Origin: a virus
DNA length: 64,000 bases
IMG/VR virus record: IMGVR_UViG_3300023178_000017
Location: 1-64,000 of that record
Reading direction: 5' to 3' (one strand)
Shown here piece after piece: positions 47,766 through 55,654 of the stretch. The notes beneath the pieces are model-generated. The model did no database searches and had not been told where the DNA came from. It was given only the letters and a program-made list of their open reading frames with translations. Position 1 is the first letter of the stretch. Every line of letters starts with the position of its first letter. Made by a program: the position numbers and the translations under genes.

Positions 47766-48593
47766 TTATGATAACCTAATTTGGAAGGTTTTGAATGTTG
47801 TATTAGTATTTGCAGGAGTCACAAGCAATCTCATGTTTCCTGAATTTACATCTGAACTTAACGTGAATAATGAAGACGCTGAATATACATCGCCATATTG
47901 AACGAAGTAAGAATTCGAGCCATCATTAATCAATAATACTTCTGCTGAATGTGTGCCAGCTGATGCATGTGATGCCATGATCACATACTTAACTGCCTTG
48001 TTGGCAATTGCGTTTGCTGATAACACCTGATCTGCTGTAGTAGCAGTAGCTGATAATGTAGTGAAGTAACCTTGAACAAGGTTAGCTGCACTAGTAATAG
48101 CGACTACTTCAACAACATCACCATTTAAAGCATTTTCCGTTAATGTGATAGTTGATGAGCTGGTAGCAGTATAGTCTGCACCACCACCTACTAACTTAAC
48201 ACCGTTAATGTACACTTGTTCATAACCTGAGGTATATGAAAGTGAATTACCATTATCATCGTTACCTGTAATTGAAGTACCAGTTGATGATATAGTGTAA
48301 GTGAATGTTTGTACACCCGAAGATGGTTGGTCTGACCAACTCAAAGTTCCTGAACCATCAGTTTTTAAAATCTGATTTGAGGAACCATCACTTGTAGGAA
48401 AAGAGAAAGCATCATTAACAGTTAAAGAAGCTGGATTCGATCCAACTTCTACAACAGCAGCTGAGCCGTCATTCTTCTCGGTATAAAATCTACCATGATA
48501 AGTATTGACAGCTAATTCACCTAGTGATAGATCACCTATACCAGGCAAAGCGCTTTGTGTAGAACTCCTTTTAAATTGTATTAATGTTGCCAT
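47766..48593 (-). CDS. Virion fibre protein with Mtd-N-like N-terminus and shared beta domain
   Basis: IQFKRS...LSLGELAVN; DGSSNQILKTDGSGTLSW; C-terminal domain paralogous to both neighbours. Confidence 0.7.
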   Translation of the reverse strand: MATLIQFKRSSTQSALPGIGDLSLGELAVNTYHGRFYTEKNDGSAAVVEVGSNPASLTVNDAFSFPTSDGSSNQILKTDGSGTLSWSDQPSSGVQTFTYTISSTGTSITGNDDNGNSLSYTSGYEQVYINGVKLVGGGADYTATSSSTITLTENALNGDVVEVVAITSAANLVQGYFTTLSATATTADQVLSANAIANKAVKYVIMASHASAGTHSAEVLLINDGSNSYFVQYGDVYSASSLFTLSSDVNSGNMRLLVTPANTNTTFKTFQIRLS

Positions 48594-48621
48594 TGTTCTC
48601 TCCTATAGATTAGATGTTAAA

Positions 48622-50190
48622 TTAGAATGTACCACCGTCTATAGCAGTAACAGATACAGCACCTGAAGAGACTGTAAAGTTACTTGAGTCGAATGAAGCA
48701 ATACCTTTAGCAGATGTTGTAGCATCATCGATTGCAACATCACCAGATGTTACAGTAAAGTATGAAGCTGAGAAAGATGCGATACCTTTATTAGCGTCTG
48801 TTGCATCTTCACCTGCTATTGTTATACTACCGTCAGCGTTTGTTACATCGATACCTTCGCCAGCTGAAAGAGCAGCAAGTTCCATATCTCCGTTAGAACC
48901 ATTACCAATTAGTAATTGTCCTGCTGTAGGAGCTGCACCGTCTATAGAAGTAATTGAACCTGAAAGTGCAAGTCCTGAAACTTCTAAGTTACCGAATACT
49001 GCGTTACCTACTGAACCAGAGAATACTGAAGATGTGTCTGTAGCGTCTTGGATAAATTTAAATTTACCGTCAGAATCATCCATACCAAAGAAACCAATTT
49101 TAGCAGTAGAACCATTGTGCCACTTAAATTTGATACCTCTGTCTAGGTTGTCATCTGAAGCGTCATCACCGATTTCAAACACTGGATCTGCAACTGAAGT
49201 AGTTGTAGAGTTTACAGTAGTTGTAGTACCGTTAACAGTCAAGTTACCTGAAACTGTTAAGTTACCTGAAGCGGCAATATTTGTTGATGTAATGTCATCT
49301 GAAGTTAGTGTACCATCTACTTGTACGTTGTTAAACTGTACGTTTGATGATGTGCCAACATCCTGACCGATTGCTAATGTTACGCCGTTGCCTGAAGCAG
49401 TTGATGAAACACCAGTACCACCTAAAACAGAAAGTACTTCTGAGTCAAGGTCGATAGCAATAGATGTAGTACCATCTGAGATGTCTAAATCTTGTGCTGT
49501 TACTTGTGAATCAACATATGCTTTAACAGATTGCTGTGTAGGAACTTTAACGTCTGAATCAGAAGCCATGTTGTCTTCGTCAACTAAGAAGTCAATGTTT
49601 CCTACTTGAACTGCGTTAGCTTGAATTGCAGTAACACCTGAAGCGTTAACTGTTATGTCACCTGAAAGTGAAACGTTATCAAATGAATCTGTACCATCAT
49701 AGATCAAAATTTGACCTGATGAAGGAGCAGAAATATCTGAGTCTGATGCACCAGCAAGTGTTGAAGTTGTAGATACGAAAGAAAGGTTTCCTGAAGCATC
49801 TGTTGCAAGAACCTGGTTAGCAGAACCATCAGCTGATGGTAATGTAAAGGTTACTGAACTTGCAACTGAATCAGGAGCTTTCAGACCAACGAAGTTTGAA
49901 CCGTTGTCTGAATCTTCTCTAAGTTGTAATGAAGCACCAGAAGTTGCACCGTTACCAACAATAAAGTTTGAAGGCGTTGGAGCATCACCGTCTACGATAT
50001 CGGTATAATATTTACCGCCGATTTCGTGAATAACAGCTGATGAGCCTGAGTCTACTGACTCGATATACAATTTAGCAGAAGCACCGTCATTCGATCTATC
50101 CTGTACATACGCTAATTCGCCTTCGCTCAAGTCTGAGACTGTTGGCGCACTCGCTCCTGTACTTCTTTTAATTTGAATAACTGTTGCCAT
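48622..50190 (-). CDS. Tail fibre protein with Mtd-N-like N-terminus
   Basis: [10 protein letters not shown]...L.EGELA; [15 protein letters not shown]; KGIASF repeats; ends IDGGTF. Confidence 0.8.
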   Translation of the reverse strand: MATVIQIKRSTGASAPTVSDLSEGELAYVQDRSNDGASAKLYIESVDSGSSAVIHEIGGKYYTDIVDGDAPTPSNFIVGNGATSGASLQLREDSDNGSNFVGLKAPDSVASSVTFTLPSADGSANQVLATDASGNLSFVSTTSTLAGASDSDISAPSSGQILIYDGTDSFDNVSLSGDITVNASGVTAIQANAVQVGNIDFLVDEDNMASDSDVKVPTQQSVKAYVDSQVTAQDLDISDGTTSIAIDLDSEVLSVLGGTGVSSTASGNGVTLAIGQDVGTSSNVQFNNVQVDGTLTSDDITSTNIAASGNLTVSGNLTVNGTTTTVNSTTTSVADPVFEIGDDASDDNLDRGIKFKWHNGSTAKIGFFGMDDSDGKFKFIQDATDTSSVFSGSVGNAVFGNLEVSGLALSGSITSIDGAAPTAGQLLIGNGSNGDMELAALSAGEGIDVTNADGSITIAGEDATDANKGIASFSASYFTVTSGDVAIDDATTSAKGIASFDSSNFTVSSGAVSVTAIDGGTF

Positions 50191-50329
50191 TTTTTTCTCC
50201 TAAAAAATGAATTGGGTTTAATATAAAATTTGCAAATTTCTAGTTCACATATCCCTAGAAGATCATTATCTATCTCGTCCTCTCACAATGAGGGTCGTGT
50301 CTCACTGAATGACACCTTGATTGTAATAG

Positions 50330-50337
50330 TATTTATA
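50330..50337 (-). promoter_or_regulatory. T4 late promoter TATAAATA (representative copy)
   Basis: Exact minus-strand TATAAATA also occurs at 22262, 26174, 28811, 31399, 36437, 50927 and 63985, each just upstream of a late-region gene. Confidence 0.8.
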
Positions 50338-50340
50338 AGA

Positions 50341-50583
50341 CTAAAATGTTCCGCCGTCTATAACAGTGGTAGTAACCCACTTATCAGACGATGCGTTATA
50401 TGCCAATAGGCCGTTATCTGTTTCACTAGCATCTACATCTGATAGTTCTTGTATAGATTTAGCTGATAGATTGACATTAGTAGATGAGTTACCAATTGCA
50501 ACTTGTTTTACTCTAAAGTTACCTTGACCTTGCACCTTTCCTGAGATGCCTGCTACTCTTCCTACTACACCTTTAATTGCCAT
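50341..50583 (-). CDS. Small virion protein
   Basis: LSDVD...GLLAYNASSDKW motif; ends IDGGTF. Confidence 0.7.
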   Translation of the reverse strand: MAIKGVVGRVAGISGKVQGQGNFRVKQVAIGNSSTNVNLSAKSIQELSDVDASETDNGLLAYNASSDKWVTTTVIDGGTF

Positions 50584-50585
50584 AC

Positions 50586-50921
50586 TTAACTCCTAGTTAC
50601 ACCTGGCGTTATAATAGCTTGTCCTTCGACAACTCTACTAGTTTGACCACCAGAACTTGTTATGTTTAAGTCATACAGATATCTGCCTGGATTTAGAGCA
50701 GTTGTTTGTGTATCTGTTAAAGACAAAGTGACCTGACCTGAAGCCTCTGAAATAGATGTAGAAAATGTTGCACTTACTGAAGAAGACGTATATGTTTTTC
50801 TCATTTGTGCAGCTGCTGAATAACCTGATAGGTCTAAAACTGAACCATCAGAGTTTGTTACATCTACTGTAATGCTGAAGTCTGAACCTTGATCTATGTA
50901 AAGATTTGCTATAATTGCCAT
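50586..50921 (-). CDS. BppU-N-like virion adaptor protein
   Basis: NLYIDQGSDF...DLSGYSAAAQMRK...LSLTDTQT..L.PGRYLYD...RVVEG...TPGVT. Confidence 0.7.
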   Translation of the reverse strand: MAIIANLYIDQGSDFSITVDVTNSDGSVLDLSGYSAAAQMRKTYTSSSVSATFSTSISEASGQVTLSLTDTQTTALNPGRYLYDLNITSSGGQTSRVVEGQAIITPGVTRS

Positions 50922-50938
50922 ATTACTATTTATACGGA

Positions 50939-51868
50939 CTAATTATTTAATTGGGAATATGGGACTTTTGTATGTATTTTTTCTACTGTAGTTGGATCAG
51001 TTTTTACGTATGCTTCTTCTAATTGTTTTACAGTACCGTCTGCATCTTTAACATAAACTTGTTTAACTTCTGCTACAGGACCTATAGGTCTTCTGCTAGA
51101 ATATGTTATCTGATATGTAAATGGTGATCTATGTTGATATGTAGTTTGTACAACAATGTTACCACTTCTTGTATTCTGAGCATTTGCAATATATGGTGAA
51201 GGTTGAGAAGCAGAAACCCTATATGTATCTGGCGATCTATGTTGATACGTAAATGGTATTCTATGTTGATAGAACGATGGTGATCTATGTTGATACGTAA
51301 ATGGTGTTCTACCTGTTGTAGGATATGTTATAGGTTGCCTATGTTGATATGTTGTTGGTGTTCGCCCTGTTGCCTGATATGTTGAAGGCTGTCTTGCATC
51401 TCTAATAAATGGATTCTGTCTATCAACAGGATGTCTGTAAGTTGTAGGTGAAGGTTTATTTCTTATAAACGGATTCTGTTTATTTACAGGATGTCTGTAA
51501 TTAGCTGATATACGATAGCTACCAATTATCGGATTCTGTCTGTTAACAGGATGTTGATAAGCTGCTGGTTGACGTTGATTTGCAACATAAGGTGATGGTC
51601 TATTTCTAATAAACGGATTCTGTTGTTGTGCAATGTATGGTGATTGAAATGGACTTCTTGCGATAGCAGCTGTCTGTGCGTTTGCTATGTAAGGAATAGG
51701 CACTCTAGTATTAGCAACTGTCTGAGCGTTTGCTGATGCACGGGCATTAGCAATGTACGGCACAGGCGTAGTACCGTTAGTAGAATTTTGTCTATTAGCA
51801 ATATAAGGATACGGCTGTTGTCCTGGCGTTGCGTTTGAATTGCTATATGTTACTTGTACGGTTGGCAT
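50939..51868 (-). CDS. Repeat protein C (antiparallel partner of 51870..53534) with C-terminal docking-like motif
   Basis: Residues 19-260 form 33 segments; C-terminal VKQVYVK..GTVKQL..AYVKT resembles the N-terminus of protein B. Confidence 0.88.
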   Translation of the reverse strand: MPTVQVTYSNSNATPGQQPYPYIANRQNSTNGTTPVPYIANARASANAQTVANTRVPIPYIANAQTAAIARSPFQSPYIAQQQNPFIRNRPSPYVANQRQPAAYQHPVNRQNPIIGSYRISANYRHPVNKQNPFIRNKPSPTTYRHPVDRQNPFIRDARQPSTYQATGRTPTTYQHRQPITYPTTGRTPFTYQHRSPSFYQHRIPFTYQHRSPDTYRVSASQPSPYIANAQNTRSGNIVVQTTYQHRSPFTYQITYSSRRPIGPVAEVKQVYVKDADGTVKQLEEAYVKTDPTTVEKIHTKVPYSQLNN

Positions 51869-51869
51869 T

Positions 51870-53534
51870 TTATACTATTATTGGCCCCCCACTACCTGCA
51901 TTATATGCTGCTCTTAAACTTATGGGGCTTGATGACCAAGAACCGTTGAAGTATGAAGCTATATGAAAATATGTATAATAAGTGTCTGTGCCTTTTGTTG
52001 CTTTTATTCCAAAATAAACATCATTTGATGTTAATTGTACTGGATTACCTGTGCTGTCGTATACACCCCACTTAAAAAATCTAGCAGTGCGAGTACCATT
52101 AAATCCACCCCTTGAAGTTGAACCAGACCAGAAATTATAATATTGGCCTCTGGTTTTTCCACAAACATGTGGATAAAATCCATAACTGTTTCCACCTCCT
52201 CCGTAACAATTTGTTTGAGCTTGAGTACCTGATACCGATTCACCACTTGCATAATATGCTACATCAAAATTCCAAGTATCGTCAATTATACCATTAGCAT
52301 TCAAATCGGTAATAGGCATATAAAATCTATAATAAAAACTCCAACCACTATTACTAAAAGAGTTATAATGACCATACGATATTCTAAAAGCCCCTAAAGG
52401 ATTTGTCTGAACAGTATTATTGTTAGCTGCAAAATCAAATTGCATATAACAACCACATTCGGTATGATTAAAACCAGGATTACCAGTTGCTAATTGAAGA
52501 GTATTCCAACTTGGTACACTAAACATAGAAGCAGTTCCTGAAGGTGGGTCAGAATTTATATAATTCGTACTACCACCAAAAGGATATACATCCCAAACAG
52601 GATTACTTATACCTGAGCCCCAAGGTTGAGGGTTCGGTTGATTAGCTAAAGTTGCACTTGTTGCTGTTGAACTTCCAGACAGTGCTGATTCGCCTACAAT
52701 ACCTTCATATGATGTTGGTACCTGAGCAGTCGATGGTGACTGATATATGTAAGGCGTTTGGCCTTGTGCTGAATAAGTCGAAGGCGATTGATAAATGTAA
52801 GGCGATGGTCTTTGCGCCTGATACGTAAACGGATTTTGATAAATCGATGGCACCCTATATGTTTGAGGACTTCTTTGTTGTGCTTGATAAGTTGAAGGCA
52901 CTCTATAAGGTACAGGTTGTTGATTTGACTCCTGTGCGTTTATATTTGCTGGTGACTGGTGTTGATACGTAGTAGGTTGTTGTGCCTGATATGTTACAGG
53001 ATTTCTGTAACTTCTTGGGTCACGATATGTACTAGGTGATCTATAAGCATAACTTACAGGATTTCTGTAACTTCTTGGGTCACGATATGTACTAGGTGAT
53101 TGATGTTGATACGCAACTATAACCTGTGCATTTCTTGGGTCTCTATAAGTTGAAGGACTTTGATGTTGATACGTAAACGGTGTTTGTGCGTTTGCAGGAT
53201 ACGGATACGGATTCTGTCTATTAGCAATATAAGGTGATTGTGCATCGGCCTGATAAGTATACGTTTGTTGTGCGTTTCTTATAAAAGGATTTTGTCTCGA
53301 TCTTATGTTAGGTTGCTGTGCGTTTCTTATAAAAGGATTTTGCCTATTAACAGGATTTCGATAAATTATTGGTTGTTGATTCTGATAAGTCGAAGGAGAC
53401 TGAAACGTATAAGGAACAATCGATGGTTGTTGTCTTATATTTGGTTCTTGAATGTTAGCAGGTTGCCTTGCTATGTAAGGTTGCTGAAAACTACCGCCAT
53501 TTAAATTGTGTTTAATGTAAATTTTATCTGCCAT
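51870..53534 (-). CDS. Repeat protein D with C-terminal globular (putative receptor-binding) domain
   Basis: Residues 19-260 form 33 segments; about 270 aa aromatic/Gly/Asn-rich non-repetitive C-terminus. Confidence 0.88.
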   Translation of the reverse strand: MADKIYIKHNLNGGSFQQPYIARQPANIQEPNIRQQPSIVPYTFQSPSTYQNQQPIIYRNPVNRQNPFIRNAQQPNIRSRQNPFIRNAQQTYTYQADAQSPYIANRQNPYPYPANAQTPFTYQHQSPSTYRDPRNAQVIVAYQHQSPSTYRDPRSYRNPVSYAYRSPSTYRDPRSYRNPVTYQAQQPTTYQHQSPANINAQESNQQPVPYRVPSTYQAQQRSPQTYRVPSIYQNPFTYQAQRPSPYIYQSPSTYSAQGQTPYIYQSPSTAQVPTSYEGIVGESALSGSSTATSATLANQPNPQPWGSGISNPVWDVYPFGGSTNYINSDPPSGTASMFSVPSWNTLQLATGNPGFNHTECGCYMQFDFAANNNTVQTNPLGAFRISYGHYNSFSNSGWSFYYRFYMPITDLNANGIIDDTWNFDVAYYASGESVSGTQAQTNCYGGGGNSYGFYPHVCGKTRGQYYNFWSGSTSRGGFNGTRTARFFKWGVYDSTGNPVQLTSNDVYFGIKATKGTDTYYTYFHIASYFNGSWSSSPISLRAAYNAGSGGPIIV

Positions 53535-53535
53535 A

Positions 53536-55443
53536 TCATATCACAAACCATAAATGTCCAACTTCTTTACCTGTACCACTTGGTGTACCAGATAGTGAAG
53601 AAGCACTAACAACTTCATAATCTAACTCAACATCATCGCCGTCTAATTTAACACCGTTTGATGTGTTCACTGATAAAGTAGCAACACCATCTAATGAATC
53701 ACCTGAAGAACCTGCGTTATAAGATTTCGCAAGACCTGAACCAGCAGATATGACACTATTTACTCTATCATCTGTAAAGTATTTATTAGTTTGTTCTGAT
53801 ATAGAATCGGTACCTGTTGAGTTATCTGCAACTTGTAAATCACCATTAGAATCAAATACTAGTATTTGACCAGCAGATGCACTAGATGTACTACCTACAT
53901 CTGTTAAATCAGATATAGCAGAGTTCATTGTTGTGTTTATTGATACATTGCCTTTAGCAGTCTGTGTGACTGAACCTGTAACTGCACCAGTCAATGAAAA
54001 GTCTGAATTATCTAAAACTAAATCTAAAGTATTATCTGAGTCATCATAGGTAACTGAAAGACCTGATTCAGTGTTTGAACTAATCATTGTACCGACTGTG
54101 TCAGCAATTCTTTCTACAATGTCATCAACTACAAAACTAGAACCGTTGTACTTAAGAACACTATTAGTATTTGCGCCACTTGTATTTACATCTGAAAGAT
54201 CATCGATACTAGCAGCTGCGATTCTAGCGTCTGCTCTACCGTCTGTATAATAAAGATTAGAACTTCCTTCTGTTAAATCATCAGTGTCATGGTTTGATAA
54301 ACTTGAAACTGTACCTGTAAGATGTCCTGTTGATACATTTAAAACTGTTGTTGAACCGTCTGCTGTAATTGTAGATAATCTTGCAGTAGCATCGGTACCA
54401 TTTGTACCGTTATCGATGATTGTTTGACCACCACTTGATAGAACATCACCTTTTAGATTACCATTAAAAGTAGTTGCAGTCATGTCTGTTGCATGAATGT
54501 TCTGCCATTTTAGTATACTACTTCCAAGTTCGTGTGTGTTGTTAGCACTTGGTAAAACATCTGAGTCTATTGAACCTGTGAATGATATTGTATCACTAGA
54601 TGCGTTACCTAAATCGATGTTACAATTCAGTGATGATAATCCATTAACTGTTAAAGCGCCAGTAGTTGTAACTGTTGAGGCATTTAAATCACCGCCTGTA
54701 AGTGTTGCAGTTCCATCACTCAATGTACCCACGTTGACTGTTGCGCTAAAGTTTGCATTTACACCACCAGTAATACTACCTGAGTTGATACTCATGGTGC
54801 TATCAGTAATTGTAGGCGCAGTCATTACACCGCCTGTTGTGATTGTTATATCATCTTCTGCAAATGTTTTACCTGCAAGTTGAATGTTGAAACCAGTCTC
54901 TAATTCTGTTGTGTTATTTGTGTTTGAAGCATTAAGAATAACACCATTTGAGTTGTTGTTAAAGATTGAGTTTGTATCTGATAACTGCCAGTATGAAGCA
55001 CCTGTACTTGCTAATGCAGTACCTAAGTATGAACCTGTGTAAGAATATAGAACGAATCTATCGCCATTTGATAAACCAGAACCGTATGTAGCACCTTGTA
55101 AGTTAATTCTTCCATAACTACCATCTGAATTTTGGCTAGTGATCTGATAGTCTATACCTTCTATTAAGTGAGAACCGTTGACAAAGACCTGAATTCGGTC
55201 TTGTACAAATTTCATCACATTGTTAAACTGATCAGCGCCTTCGAAATGCGTTTCACCACCAGTTGCAATATACACATACTCTTGGAAGTAAAATGCTTTA
55301 TCTTCTACACTATTAACAGCGTCAACTAAAGTTGCTTGAGCAGTAGTTCTAAGACCACTAATATCACCCACGTCATTAGCCAACACATTATATTGTTGTC
55401 TAAAATTTTCTATAGTACTGAAACTGTCTACTGTTTTAGCCAT
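53536..55443 (-). CDS. Tail fibre-like virion protein
   Basis: N-terminal T.ENFRQ.YN...DVGD...L.T.A...LVDAVN; TDDLTEGSSNLYYTD repeat; C-terminal GTPSGTGKEVGHLW. Confidence 0.75.
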   Translation of the reverse strand: MAKTVDSFSTIENFRQQYNVLANDVGDISGLRTTAQATLVDAVNSVEDKAFYFQEYVYIATGGETHFEGADQFNNVMKFVQDRIQVFVNGSHLIEGIDYQITSQNSDGSYGRINLQGATYGSGLSNGDRFVLYSYTGSYLGTALASTGASYWQLSDTNSIFNNNSNGVILNASNTNNTTELETGFNIQLAGKTFAEDDITITTGGVMTAPTITDSTMSINSGSITGGVNANFSATVNVGTLSDGTATLTGGDLNASTVTTTGALTVNGLSSLNCNIDLGNASSDTISFTGSIDSDVLPSANNTHELGSSILKWQNIHATDMTATTFNGNLKGDVLSSGGQTIIDNGTNGTDATARLSTITADGSTTVLNVSTGHLTGTVSSLSNHDTDDLTEGSSNLYYTDGRADARIAAASIDDLSDVNTSGANTNSVLKYNGSSFVVDDIVERIADTVGTMISSNTESGLSVTYDDSDNTLDLVLDNSDFSLTGAVTGSVTQTAKGNVSINTTMNSAISDLTDVGSTSSASAGQILVFDSNGDLQVADNSTGTDSISEQTNKYFTDDRVNSVISAGSGLAKSYNAGSSGDSLDGVATLSVNTSNGVKLDGDDVELDYEVVSASSLSGTPSGTGKEVGHLWFVI

Positions 55444-55654
55444 TTATTTTCTCTTCTATCTTTCTAAGAAGTTCCTTAACTTCGGTTACTTCTTGTCTTA
55501 AACTATTTATTTCCTTTTTCTGAGAAGCAATGATTTGTCTTCTTCTCATTACCAATTTAAACTGTTCAACATCTGTATTGATAATTGCTTGTGAACTTTC
55601 TTCTCTAATTAGATTTGAATGTCCTTCAACCTTTATCATGCTAATGCTATACAT
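55436..55654 (-). CDS. Small coiled-coil protein following the VrlC-like gene
   Basis: [18 protein letters not shown] motif typical of marine T4-like phages. Confidence 0.7.
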   Translation of the reverse strand: MYSISMIKVEGHSNLIREESSQAIINTDVEQFKLVMRRRQIIASQKKEINSLRQEVTEVKELLRKIEEKING

